Positions 11,393 to 21,876 of a stretch of 37,657 nucleotides of DNA are shown in pieces (position 1 is the stretch's first letter; the number at the start of each line of letters is the position of its first letter). The notes below the pieces were generated by a model, which was not told the DNA's origin, ran no database searches, and saw only the letters and a program-made list of their open reading frames with translations. A program made the translations under genes and the position numbers. Origin of the DNA: Trichomonas gallinae (taxonomy: Eukaryota). Location of the stretch: the NCBI GenBank assembly GCA_008369845.1, contig MRSU01003204.1, forward strand, positions 1-37,657, in the 5' to 3' direction.

Positions 11393-11935
11393 TTATTCGG
11401 GTGGATTAGGTAAAAGTGGCGGTGGATTTGGATTTTGAGCATTTTGGTCTTGATTTTGTGGAACATTCATTCCGGCTAAACGCTGTATATATTCCTCACG
11501 AAACTTTTCGATAAAGTTATTATGACCTATTACTAAAGGATCTGTAATTTCTGCCTTGTATCCTTTCCTATTCTGTCTAACTACATGTCTAAGTATTTGT
11601 TTGTGCCTGTTTTTTATGTTTATAGGTGTTCTGTTGTTGAGATATGGTGAAAACATTGCCCATTTTGGTCCATATTTTGCGTACAATTCGTGAAGTAGAG
11701 TATCTTCTTCTGACGTCCAAGGACCGCTCTTAATATCTGGTGAGAGATATAATTTGTACCTTTCGCGACACTGTCGTGTTGTTCGTCCAGGCATATATCG
11801 TACAACTGTATGCCAATCATTAGCACCATACTCATTAACGAGCGACATCAATTTTGCATCTTCTTCTTCAGTAAATGCATTCTTGACTTTTCGCTTCTTT
11901 TGATCTATGTTCGGCTGAATTTCTTCATTATCCAT
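11393..11935 (-). CDS. R2R3 Myb DNA-binding protein
   Basis: FTEEEDAKL...DWHTV...GRTTRQCRERY; GPWTSEEDTLL...YGPKWA...RTPINIKNR. Confidence 0.95.
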   Translation of the reverse strand: MDNEEIQPNIDQKKRKVKNAFTEEEDAKLMSLVNEYGANDWHTVVRYMPGRTTRQCRERYKLYLSPDIKSGPWTSEEDTLLHELYAKYGPKWAMFSPYLNNRTPINIKNRHKQILRHVVRQNRKGYKAEITDPLVIGHNNFIEKFREEYIQRLAGMNVPQNQDQNAQNPNPPPLLPNPPE

Positions 11936-12012
11936 TTATGTCACTTTTTTATCAAAATTTTTAGAAAATTAGTTATATTACCATTAAAATGATGAGTTTT
12001 ATTTTTGATCTG

Positions 12013-12133
12013 AAAAGTGACAAATAATCTAAAAAGTGTCGATATTAAAAGTGACAAATGATTTATAAAAGTGACATAAATTAAAAGTGACGATAATAAA
12101 AATGACATCTTAAAATTGACAAAAAAATCTGAC
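12013..12133. promoter_or_regulatory. Tandem array of about 8 AAAA(G)TGAC(A)-like motifs in a divergent promoter
   Basis: Copies at about 12013, 12032, 12047, 12067, 12083, 12099, 12112 and 12125 (13-20 bp spacing), between the Myb gene and the 12155 gene. Confidence 0.65.
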
Positions 12134-12154
12134 TACTGTTTTTTTTAAAATATT

Positions 12155-13645
12155 ATGAGTACAGGCACTTCATCTTTAGAATGGCTTCCTGATTCTGCGG
12201 GACATTCATTTAATAACAAATACGTATTTTATTATAATAATACAACAAAGAAAATCCAAACATATTGTCTTGAATCCAAAAAGTTCAACAATGTAGACAT
12301 AAGTCTCCAAGATAAAAGTAAAGATGACATTTGTGACTTAGATTGCTCCATCGCGTGCGTTTTAGATGATATTTTACTTTTAGCATCTTCAAATATTGAA
12401 TCTACCGAACTTTATTTCGCAAAAATAACTGATGAATTTGATGGAAAATTCACTAAATTGGACCAAAAAATCGAAATACCTCCAGATATGGAACGTAAAC
12501 CTGTACTTGTCAGTGATCCAAAGAACTCATCTATTGTATTCATATATTTCCCTTTTAAGGATCGTATCATCTACTACTTTTCTCTCAAGTATAAAGAAAC
12601 AGAAAACCCACTTACTCCCGTGATAACGAATTCGGAAAAAAATTTGATTTACATTAAACTAAATCAAATAGTATCAAGCTTCAAGATCAACAAAAAGTGG
12701 GTTACAGTCCAAAGCAAAACTGCTAATGGAACGTCAACATTTAGTACAAATTCAATCTTCATTCGCACAGATTATATGAGCGAGCCATGGTGCAATTTTA
12801 TAGAAGAAGGAAATATCGAATGTATACCCATTGCTGAAGATTCACAAAAATATTGGCGCATCGATCATGATAAATGTCAGATTAGCAAAGAAGAGTATAA
12901 AGGCTCACCTAAGAACAAATCAGAACAATATGACAAAATCTACTTTGACGATGACTTGACTTCGATTCGTATAAGTTTTAAATACCTACGTTATAACAAC
13001 AGGAACCCTTATAAATTACCAGAAGACAAATCGTTTGTATATGCAATTGGTCTAGTCAGACCAACAGAGAACATTCTACCTGGAATTATCGTTTTTTACG
13101 AAAACGATCCACCGGATTATCTTGAACTACCTGTCAAGAAAAATCCAACCTCTGAAGGCCAAGGTAAGGAAGAAAAGAAAGTCGAAAAAGATATAAAGGT
13201 TCTTCCTATGCCTGATATAAGTAAATGGAAATGCATAAGGAGTACAAATGACAGAACCGAGTCATATCTCCAAAAGCTTGAAGGAGATGGAAATTATTCT
13301 GAAATATTAAATGTTGTCGCATCTATCAACAACACGAAGCTTCTTAAACAAGCATATAAGAATCATATCAAGTGGAATAAACAAGAATTCAAAAATCTAA
13401 GCAATTCTCCAGAAATCCTCAAAATAATGCGAAAAATGTCAAGAAATCTACCAGATACAGCTGACCAAGTTAAAAAACTTATGCAACTCTATGATCTAAG
13501 TAGCACAAAGACGCCAATTACCGCTAAATTCGCTGCATCTGATGTTCTCGTTTCATCAATTGGACGAATCAGGGAAGAGACATCACCATCCAATGACCTC
13601 AAGCTTATAGCGCATTACTCTTCTGCATATCTCAGTATGATTTAA
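12155..13645 (+). CDS. Hypothetical protein (beta-rich N-terminal part, helical C-terminal part)
   Basis: 496-codon ORF with ATG start; no family motif recognised. Confidence 0.75.
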   Translation: MSTGTSSLEWLPDSAGHSFNNKYVFYYNNTTKKIQTYCLESKKFNNVDISLQDKSKDDICDLDCSIACVLDDILLLASSNIESTELYFAKITDEFDGKFTKLDQKIEIPPDMERKPVLVSDPKNSSIVFIYFPFKDRIIYYFSLKYKETENPLTPVITNSEKNLIYIKLNQIVSSFKINKKWVTVQSKTANGTSTFSTNSIFIRTDYMSEPWCNFIEEGNIECIPIAEDSQKYWRIDHDKCQISKEEYKGSPKNKSEQYDKIYFDDDLTSIRISFKYLRYNNRNPYKLPEDKSFVYAIGLVRPTENILPGIIVFYENDPPDYLELPVKKNPTSEGQGKEEKKVEKDIKVLPMPDISKWKCIRSTNDRTESYLQKLEGDGNYSEILNVVASINNTKLLKQAYKNHIKWNKQEFKNLSNSPEILKIMRKMSRNLPDTADQVKKLMQLYDLSSTKTPITAKFAASDVLVSSIGRIREETSPSNDLKLIAHYSSAYLSMI

Positions 13646-14305
13646 GAATGCTGACATGTAATTTAATATTTGTCATGTAAAATCGACTTTTTATTCAACT
13701 CTTTTAATCTCATTTTTCGGACATATATAATAGAAGCATCATAAGACCAAAATATATAAAAACATCTATTTTTATTATATACTGCACAAATGGCCGGATT
13801 GAATCATTATTTTGTAGAATAATTTGATATCATGAACAAAACTACGTTTTCGAATCTTATTTCTTACTACAAGCAGTACCCTTGGGCTTATAATTATTAT
13901 ACTACAAATCTGAAGAATAATGTCTTTATCGATTGAATCTTATTAGACGTTAAAATATGAATCTTTTGTTTTACGTTACAAGCTTTACACATATATGCAA
14001 CATTCATCAATAACTTCTCAAAACGCAACATTTAAAAAAAAAAAAATAATTTGAAGGTCTTTTTTATTTCGAAAACATTTTCCTTTATTGGAATATATCA
14101 TGAAAATTCCATTTAAATCATATTATTGTCATTTTTTCATGATAACGTACGAATTAATATTTATAAAAGGCAGCACGAACACATATAGAACATGCTAATT
14201 TACAAATGGTCGCTGAAATCAAAGAAAAAAATATTTTTTTTTTCGTACGTTTAATTATATTAATTGAGAACCTATACGTTTAAGTTCATTTTTAATTATT
14301 GAAGA

Positions 14306-14932
14306 ATGAGCCGTAGAAGCGCACGTCCGCTCACAGCGAACAAGAAAGAAGTCGGAGCAGAGAATGTCGCACCAAACAAAGCAGAGACCGAAGAGAAGAA
14401 GGGCTTCTTCTCAAGAATTTTCGGAAAGAAAAATAAAGATGCGGAAGTTAAACAGACAGCAGCTAAGGTAAAGCGTGTACGCAGGAAATCCAAACTCGCT
14501 GAAGAGGAAATCTTCAACGACGTCGACGCCCTCAAGGAAGAAATCAAAGAAGTCGAGACAAATGTTAACAAACTCGAAACACAGAAAGATCAACCATTAC
14601 CACCAACAAGTTTACTCCCACCGCCACCACCTCCACCTCCACCGCCACCAGCCGTTAAGAAGGCTGAGAAGATTCAGAAGGTCGTCGGAAAGACAAACGT
14701 ACCATCTGATAACCAGGCAATCGATGTCCACTTTGAAATGATGAACGCTATCAGGAATGGTGCCAAGAATAAGCTTCGCAAAACAAGCATTCGCAGATCT
14801 CTTGGCGGAACACCAATCAGAGAGAAACGTGAATACGCTCCATGTACTGATGCCGAGATTTTCGCTGCGTCTGTGATCATCAGAGATGATTCAAGCTCAG
14901 ATGAAGATTCTTCTGATAATGAAATGTTGTAA
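14306..14932 (+). CDS. Coiled-coil, polyproline and WH2-like protein; putative actin regulator
   Basis: A run of ten prolines, then MMNAIRNGAKNKLRKT (WH2-like helix plus LRKT), RRSLGGTP and an acidic tail; Inr-like TCATTT about 20 nt upstream. Confidence 0.7.
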   Translation: MSRRSARPLTANKKEVGAENVAPNKAETEEKKGFFSRIFGKKNKDAEVKQTAAKVKRVRRKSKLAEEEIFNDVDALKEEIKEVETNVNKLETQKDQPLPPTSLLPPPPPPPPPPPAVKKAEKIQKVVGKTNVPSDNQAIDVHFEMMNAIRNGAKNKLRKTSIRRSLGGTPIREKREYAPCTDAEIFAASVIIRDDSSSDEDSSDNEML

Positions 14933-15221
14933 GATATATGATTATATACGTTATGCGCAAAATATTTAAGCTTGTCAGTAATTGGGATCCATTGTGAATA
15001 TGGACTTTCCAAATTTTTTTTTCATTATATAAAAAGATTTTTTAAAAAACTCGAGATTTTTCCTTGCAACTTCAAGATTATGCTAAGCCTCCACTAGATA
15101 AGGTTGTTACATAGCTTTAAACCAATCAAACGATGGAAAATTCTAAACGTATATATATGACATGTAAACTCAAAATGACAAATAAATATATTATTTTGTC
15201 ATGTAAATTTTCATATTTTTC

Positions 15222-15782
15222 ATGAATTCTAAGAAACTTGTTGTTCCATCAAATTGTGTCATCAAAGTCATTGGCATTAATCACACTACATCACCAGAAT
15301 TCCTTAAAAATGTGTATTCATTGTACGGAAAGATAGTTTATGTTTATATTCCAAAAGATAATCAAAATCAGAACAGATCTTATGCATACATTGCATTTAA
15401 GAGCCCTGCATCAGTACAAAATGTTATTGAAAAAGGAAAAACTCTTAAAGTTTTTGATTTCCAATTTGAAGTTCATTCTTTTAACATGGCTGAATTCCAG
15501 AGATATGATTTAAGTCCAAACTTTGATGTTAAAGCATCAGCTTCAAGTAAACAAAACGTTGAACCGGAAGAAGAATTTTATCAGCCTCCAATCCACTTTA
15601 CGACATGCTACAGTGACCGTCCTGATCGTGCAGATATACTTCTTGATAGAGATGATGATTTTGATCCTTCTCTTGCAAAAAGTTCAATTGATATAGAAAA
15701 AATCCAGCAAATCTACAATTATGGATTTAAAGGAATCCCACGTGATGATGGAATTCCTGAAAGTATTCTTCCGAAATTTTGA
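15222..15782 (+). CDS. RRM-domain RNA-binding protein
   Basis: RNP2-like IKVIGI, YSLYGKIVYVYIP, RNP1-like RSYAYIAF. Confidence 0.85.
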   Translation: MNSKKLVVPSNCVIKVIGINHTTSPEFLKNVYSLYGKIVYVYIPKDNQNQNRSYAYIAFKSPASVQNVIEKGKTLKVFDFQFEVHSFNMAEFQRYDLSPNFDVKASASSKQNVEPEEEFYQPPIHFTTCYSDRPDRADILLDRDDDFDPSLAKSSIDIEKIQQIYNYGFKGIPRDDGIPESILPKF

Positions 15783-16289
15783 AATTTCATATTTTATCAT
15801 CTTTCATACTTGATCAGACTTCAACAATCAATATAATGATACTTTACTATAATTATATTGATTGTTTGCTTACTTGATTGATTAATTTTTTTGATTGATA
15901 TTATTTATATTATTTTTATTAGATTTTGTGTTAGTTTTAAATTATCTATTATTACATTATATTGTTATTGTCATTTTTAGTATAGTATATAATGTTATTA
16001 ATACCATCTTTTGTTGTCACATTATAAAATACTAATAAACGTGTTGAATTCATGCCATCAAAAACGTGATAAGCGGTCAATACTTTATGAATGTAATACA
16101 AATCAACTTTTTTTTTTTCGTTAAATTATTATTTTAAATAGCATTTATTGCTAAACCTAGTGATTCTATGAGTGTTTAAATTAATATAAGAATATATGTG
16201 TAAGAAAAAGCTATAAAAGAAAAAAAGGAATAATTTTCAACAATATTATCAAAGCATTGATAGAATATATTTTTATAAAGGTAAGATAG

Positions 16290-16715
16290 TCATGGTTGCT
16301 CGTTTTGTTTAGCATCTTGTTTTGCCTTGAATTCAACAGCAATTTTATCGAGCTGAGATTTCCCGAGGTCTGTAACACACAAAATCCCAGTTCTATCCTG
16401 TATCACCCATGCTAATTCCACATATTGCTTTATTAATTCGCGAATCGAGCAATTTTTGAAATACGCGTCTCGTTCTTGTTTTGTCATATCAGGCTTGCGA
16501 TGCTGAACGGGAGGCATTGCAGGCGCTTCGTACCATTGTATGATTAGCTTTGATGCTTCGAGGAACCACCATTTCTGAAAATTAGCGAATTTGCTTGCGT
16601 TTGCAGGGTTGCGTGAATACACAGGGCATTCAAGTAGTCTATTTCTGTACAAATGTTTGGCTAGATACTGGATGAAAGCTGATCGTGGTACATCACGCAC
16701 AGTTGACTCAGTCAT
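16290..16715 (-). CDS. Divergent ribosomal protein eS19 (RPS19e)-like protein
   Basis: TVRDVPRSAFIQYLAKHL, WWFLEAS, IRELIKQYVELAWV and VTDLGKSQLDKIA parallel eS19 motifs (VKDV..F...A.FL, WFY.RAAS, R..LQ.LE...V, LT..G..DLD.IA); 141 aa. Confidence 0.7.
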   Translation of the reverse strand: MTESTVRDVPRSAFIQYLAKHLYRNRLLECPVYSRNPANASKFANFQKWWFLEASKLIIQWYEAPAMPPVQHRKPDMTKQERDAYFKNCSIRELIKQYVELAWVIQDRTGILCVTDLGKSQLDKIAVEFKAKQDAKQNEQP

Positions 16716-17373
16716 CCCATTGTCACGTTTTTTCTCTTGTCACTTTTACAATCTTGTCTTTTTTCTTTTTTAAAACTTGTTTGGCTGAGTTTTCGGGTGC
16801 TTCTGGACAGTGGCAGACGATCGGTCGACAGATAATAAATGAAGATCATTGATAGTTTTTTTATTACAAAAATCTTAAAACAAAAAATTCGATTCTGTGA
16901 TGTTATATTGATGAAATCCATCCCAACACATCTTATATTGTAATATAATAAGCTAAAATAAGATTATATATGATTGTTTTTTTTATTTTGTTTATTGAAC
17001 AAAACAACTAATGTAATCATTAATAATGGGATTATGACTAAAGAATATAGTGATATTTTTAAGAAAAGAGCCTTGATATATAAAATTAATTGCAAAAACG
17101 AAAATTAATTAATAAGGATCATTAATAATGAGAACTATAAAATCAATTAATTTCTGCTTAAACTATCTAGCTCTCATTGTAAAGAAAAATTTGCATGAAA
17201 AATGAAATTCACGATACTAGGCATTGAATTTGCTAATTTTATGCACTTATGCATAAATTTTGGTATTAAAACATAGACATTTGATTGAATATGAATTCTA
17301 AAAATATGAAAATTAAAAATCTATTGAAATCTATTATTTGATTAATGATATCATAAATTTCACCAAATAAGAA

Positions 17374-17787
17374 TCATTTTTGCGATTTCTTGGTTGTTTT
17401 GCGAGTTGGATTTGATAATTCAACGTTTAAGGATTTTAACTTTGTAACATGAAGTGGAATTGGTTCAATTTGTGGACGAGATGAGCCAGAGTTTTGATTT
17501 ATGACGCGTATTTTTCGTTTTAAGAATTCCATTTTATCTTTTTCTCTTGATTGCTGTTTTGGAGATATAAACTCGTTTTTCTCTAATGGAGCATTATCAC
17601 GTTTGTGAACTACATCTTTTGCTAATTTAACATTTTGATAAAATAACATTTTCATATCGTATTGTTCGACAAGCGAGTCACCTTCTTGCTCAACTGTCTC
17701 AACACCATATGCTTTCTTAATTTCCGATTTTGGAGCTGATCTTAACTTTACAGCTTCAAAACTGAAAAAGAAGAAAAATGCAATCAT
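17374..17787 (-). CDS. Hypothetical protein with short hydrophobic N-terminus
   Basis: ORF track starts at TTG 17799; first ATG is 17787 (MIAFFFFFSF); a TGACA motif lies upstream. Confidence 0.6.
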   Translation of the reverse strand: MIAFFFFFSFEAVKLRSAPKSEIKKAYGVETVEQEGDSLVEQYDMKMLFYQNVKLAKDVVHKRDNAPLEKNEFISPKQQSREKDKMEFLKRKIRVINQNSGSSRPQIEPIPLHVTKLKSLNVELSNPTRKTTKKSQK

Positions 17788-18497
17788 AGGAAATGTCAAA
17801 AATATAACATTTACATGACAAAAAATTTAAAACGAAATCATTAATCATTACAACTCCAAACCAGTAGTATCCATATAGAAACCAATTTTATATGGATTCA
17901 ATAGGGATGCAAATTTTGTTCTGTGTTAAAATAATGTTCAGTTTTGATGATATCATTGTGAGACTTTACGTTAATCAAAACTTTATCTAAATTCATGTAG
18001 CACGTAGTGTGGAGGTGTGATGCTGAGCATATTCCATATTTGACATCATGATAATCTTATTTCACATGTATTGCTTAGAGTTTACATGTCAACAAATTGA
18101 TATATTCATTATGACATGTGATGAATCTTGTAGATTCACTAGGAGCCACTGTTCGGCAGCTCCCGCATCCAAAATACGCGAATCATAGTTTTCTATCATT
18201 ATTTACATGATATATTTCAGTTTTACGTGTCAATAAAATTTTCTTACCTGAACAAAATTTGTTTCGTTTCAATGTGGGTGGGTTACCTCGCGACATACTT
18301 ACTGAAAAACGTGAATTGCGAACTAGAAACAAACAATGTAAAAATATTTACATGACATATATGTGGGTTACTCTCAAAACAATCAAGTTTACATGTCAAG
18401 ATTTCATGTTTCGAATTATTCAATATAACGACAGGTTATTAATAATCAACAATAATAAAAAATAAGGTGATTTTGTTTTAATTTTTTTTTTCTTCTC

Positions 18498-19742
18498 ATG
18501 GAAGAAGCAGAAGGAATCTCTGACTCCTTCTGGGATAATTGGAACTTAGCATGCACGGACGATGACTATAGAGTGAGAAGCAGAGTGATTTGGGATGACA
18601 ATCACGAGATTTCGGTTAAATTGCTGACTCCTTTAGGCCGCGGAGTCAGCGGTTCTGTATTTGCAGTGCAGGTCGTTGAATGCGAAAAATACCAATCAAT
18701 AATTAACACACTTCTCTGTCTAAAGATATTTAAAACAAATTCTGTCGCAATTTCACAAGCTGAGAACGAAATTCTTATTCTCCCGATGACACACAGAAAT
18801 TTTAACACTGGAAAAGTAACTGTTTTCCCATCATATCTTACATCTTTCAATATCGAAAATCATCTCGGATTTCTGATGGAATTAGGAGGACCATCACTAT
18901 ACCATGGACTTTCTATGAGGAAAAATCGCGGTTTTCCACTTTCAGCTGTCAGAGTTATTTTATTCCAAATATTAAAGGCATTATCAGAGATGGAGAACAA
19001 AGGTTTAGTCCACGGAGACATCAAACCAGAAAATATAGTATTTTCGCTCCGAAAAGTAGGCAATATTACATCATTTGAGCAATATAAAAATTCAATTTCG
19101 GGTTTATCTTATTCAATCATACGAGACGAATTCGAAAACTCAAACATTCTCGATGTAGCTCTCATTGACTGGAGTTCTTCTTCGATGGGATACAATCAAC
19201 CTGCGCAATACATGCAATCTCGTTATTACAGAGCCCCTGAGATAATAATGCGATCATCTTACGGCCCAAGTGTCGATATATGGTCCACTGCGTGTGTCGC
19301 TGTTGAACTTTTCATTGGAAAACCATTGTTTCCTGGAATCGATGAATTAGATATGATAAGGATGATCCAACAGCGCTTAGGAATTTTCCCGCAGTCAGTT
19401 GTCAGGAAAATGAGAAGTGATTCTATTGCCGCGACGACTGATTCGTGGGTTTTAGATCCAAAGCAGTATCTTCCTGGAAATTTCGAAGCTTACATCTGCG
19501 AAGAGTGCAGACGTGAAGACCAAGAGGTTCTGTTGTTCATAAACATGATGAGACTCATGCTACAACTCAATCCTGATGCAAGGGTAACTGCATCATCTGC
19601 ATTAACTCATCCATTCATCACTGGTTCGCTGAAACAGCAGAAAAGATCAAGAAGAGAGTCTGCATTTGCTAGTAAGCCATCCATGCTGCAGATCCATACC
19701 GTCAGAAGGTCATCAATTAAGGAATATACTGTTATCCATTGA
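18498..19742 (+). CDS. CMGC protein kinase, DYRK/Yak1/HIPK-like
   Basis: LGRGVSGSV, CLKIFK, HGDIKPEN, YMQSRYYRAPE, DIWSTAC, ELFIGKPLFPG. Confidence 0.92.
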   Translation: MEEAEGISDSFWDNWNLACTDDDYRVRSRVIWDDNHEISVKLLTPLGRGVSGSVFAVQVVECEKYQSIINTLLCLKIFKTNSVAISQAENEILILPMTHRNFNTGKVTVFPSYLTSFNIENHLGFLMELGGPSLYHGLSMRKNRGFPLSAVRVILFQILKALSEMENKGLVHGDIKPENIVFSLRKVGNITSFEQYKNSISGLSYSIIRDEFENSNILDVALIDWSSSSMGYNQPAQYMQSRYYRAPEIIMRSSYGPSVDIWSTACVAVELFIGKPLFPGIDELDMIRMIQQRLGIFPQSVVRKMRSDSIAATTDSWVLDPKQYLPGNFEAYICEECRREDQEVLLFINMMRLMLQLNPDARVTASSALTHPFITGSLKQQKRSRRESAFASKPSMLQIHTVRRSSIKEYTVIH

Positions 19743-19941
19743 AAATTTGTAGTTTTTATGTTTTTCGGATTGATTTTATTTCTTGTTTTTAACATGATTA
19801 AAATTTGTAACTGTCTGTATCTTTAATTCTCTAAATTCATCAAACTTTCATAATTTAATCAAAATTAGTAACAAAAAATGAATATTTTCCTATACTTCGA
19901 ATCTATCTGTCTCGGAAAACATGAATATGGCCTAACAACTG

Positions 19942-20270
19942 TTTACATCCCCAATTGGAATCGAATTAGATGCTAAACTCAGCTATGAGTCTGGCAGCCA
20001 TCGTAGAGCCATCTCAGGCGTTGAATGGCTTTACACTACAATTCACGATAACACCATAGTCATCTGGTAATGCTTTCACGAGAAGAATTCACAGAATGTT
20101 GACACTACTTATCGAAGATTTTGTTCACTGCTTTCGATGAATTAGTTTCTGGGTTTATGGGTTATAGCAAACGAAAATGTTTCACTCATTGACATCAATA
20201 GCAGCAAATCCAAGTCACAGCGATGACTGGGCTTGAGAAGGAAGAATTTTTGCCCCTTTCTCTCAACCTA
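19942..20270 (+). pseudogene. WD40-repeat gene relic
   Basis: The plus frame reads GSHRRAISGVEWLYTTIHDNTIVIW*, a WD40-like repeat ending in a stop, followed by fragmented coding-like sequence. Confidence 0.4.
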
Positions 20271-20613
20271 GAACAAAAAAAGATGATTTTCATGCTAAAA
20301 CGATTTCGCAGATATCTATCCGCCAGTCTCAGAAAGGACTCATGTCCATAGATGCTAGTGGATCTGCCTATATGTGTGTCTGTCATTTCATTGGATCTCT
20401 AATACTCAAGTAAATACAATGAGACAGTTTTGATTTTTGCTTCCGATGAAGCTTAGATACAACCTCCAATTTGAGATTTTAAAGTTATCACTTATGGAGG
20501 TCAACAATTTTAATGCTCAAGCATTAAATGCTAAAGAAAAAATAAATTCGATAAAAAAATTCATGAAAATATATTTTAAAAACAATAAATTAATATATAA
20601 ACAACAATCTATT

Positions 20614-21621
20614 TTAATGTTTGAGCAGGCCATAGAGTTCTATCTTTTGAATTCCTAAAATATTTTCGCCTTTCAAGTTAGGACCCATCATCCTAAACCT
20701 ATATTTCCTTGATAGGATTTTATTAGCTATTTCGAATCTTTTTCTCTGATTCTGCATATTCTGCCATTGATAATTTGCGCTGCAATGCAAAATCACCCAA
20801 TCATAATATTCTTGGAAGCCTTCATATGGACTTACTAAGCTCCAGCATTCTAAAACCCATGAGCATGGTAAATTATCTGCGTCTTTATCGAAAAATATTT
20901 CATAATCATTTAATTCGAATGCGAGTAGCTCGTTTGTGATTTCATATGTTACCCATGGATATTCTGCTTTGCTATCACTCTTTGTTTCTCGAACTTCAAA
21001 ATCTCTTTGTCCGTAAATTAAACCTGGATTTTTTGTTTTCTTGTTATACATAAAAGACTTATTTATTATCTTTCCTGGCGTATTAGGGCTTTTCTTGAGC
21101 TTCAATAATCCTTCATTCCTTGGATCAACAGAAAGATATTTTCTGAATTTACTCGAATTTATCAATTCAGCAACTTTAATTTTTGTTTCACTCTGTTCTT
21201 GATCACGGTTGTGAGTACCTATGCCCACGTTTAAAGTTATATCGAAATCTTCATCTTCTCGTAAATCTGTGATCAATCTAGTAACTATTTGCATTGATGA
21301 TAAGACTGAGTAGCCATGAAAGTTTATGTTGTACTTTTGTTTGAAGTTTTCTGTCTCATTTACAGAGTTTTTCGAATTTGTAATTTCATAAACAGCGTTT
21401 GGAATTTCCACGAGTTCTTTTTCTGGAATACAATCATGCAAATCATCGCCTTTTAGTACTTGGAAGTATGAAAGGTTTGAAATTGTCTGCGAAGAATCAT
21501 AATTTGTTTTTTCAAGCTCTTCCATTATTTCATCTTCCGTATAAACTGAGTCATATAAAGCACTGATAACAACACCACCAACCATATTCTTGAAATCATC
21601 GGTAAAATCTAATTTTTCCAT
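20614..21621 (-). CDS. Protein with CUE-like segment, Smr domain and C-terminal F5/8 (discoidin)-like domain
   Basis: INFHGYSV...ITLNVGIGTH...NEGLLKL matches the Smr pattern (DLHG...TGxGxHS...N.G). LPCSWVLECW...RKYRFRMMGPNLKG..ILGIQKIELYG matches trichomonad F5/8-like domains. Confidence 0.65.
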   Translation of the reverse strand: MEKLDFTDDFKNMVGGVVISALYDSVYTEDEIMEELEKTNYDSSQTISNLSYFQVLKGDDLHDCIPEKELVEIPNAVYEITNSKNSVNETENFKQKYNINFHGYSVLSSMQIVTRLITDLREDEDFDITLNVGIGTHNRDQEQSETKIKVAELINSSKFRKYLSVDPRNEGLLKLKKSPNTPGKIINKSFMYNKKTKNPGLIYGQRDFEVRETKSDSKAEYPWVTYEITNELLAFELNDYEIFFDKDADNLPCSWVLECWSLVSPYEGFQEYYDWVILHCSANYQWQNMQNQRKRFEIANKILSRKYRFRMMGPNLKGENILGIQKIELYGLLKH

Positions 21622-21730
21622 TTAACGAAAAGTGACAAAATTATTGGTGGTAAAATTATAAATTGACATTTATTATATATTTTGACAAAAAGTTCAAAAT
21701 CGGAAATCAAGCAAGCTCATGTTGTTTCAA

Positions 21731-21876
21731 ACAAGTGGCATCAAGTTCTGTTGATCTCGCTCGAAATCTAAATTCATCGAAGTTTAGATCTCGAGCGAGA
21801 TCAACAGAAATTAATGCCACATGTCTTCAGCAGAGTGTCATTATACATCATAACACTCTGCTGAAGACAAGTGGCA
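21731..21876. repeat. Two overlapping long inverted repeats (double hairpin)
   Basis: IR1 21735-21820 has arms of about 41 bp with a few mismatches and one bulge. IR2 21815-21876 has arms of about 24 bp with one mismatch. They share TGCCAC. Confidence 0.9.

Noticed and set aside
12013..12133. CRISPR-like repeat/spacer appearance
   Set aside because: Repeats are about 10 bp with very short spacers, no cas genes, eukaryotic locus.
17864..17871. GTAGTATC resembling the U2 snRNA branch-pairing sequence
   Set aside because: Flanks do not match U2 stem I or the U6-pairing region.
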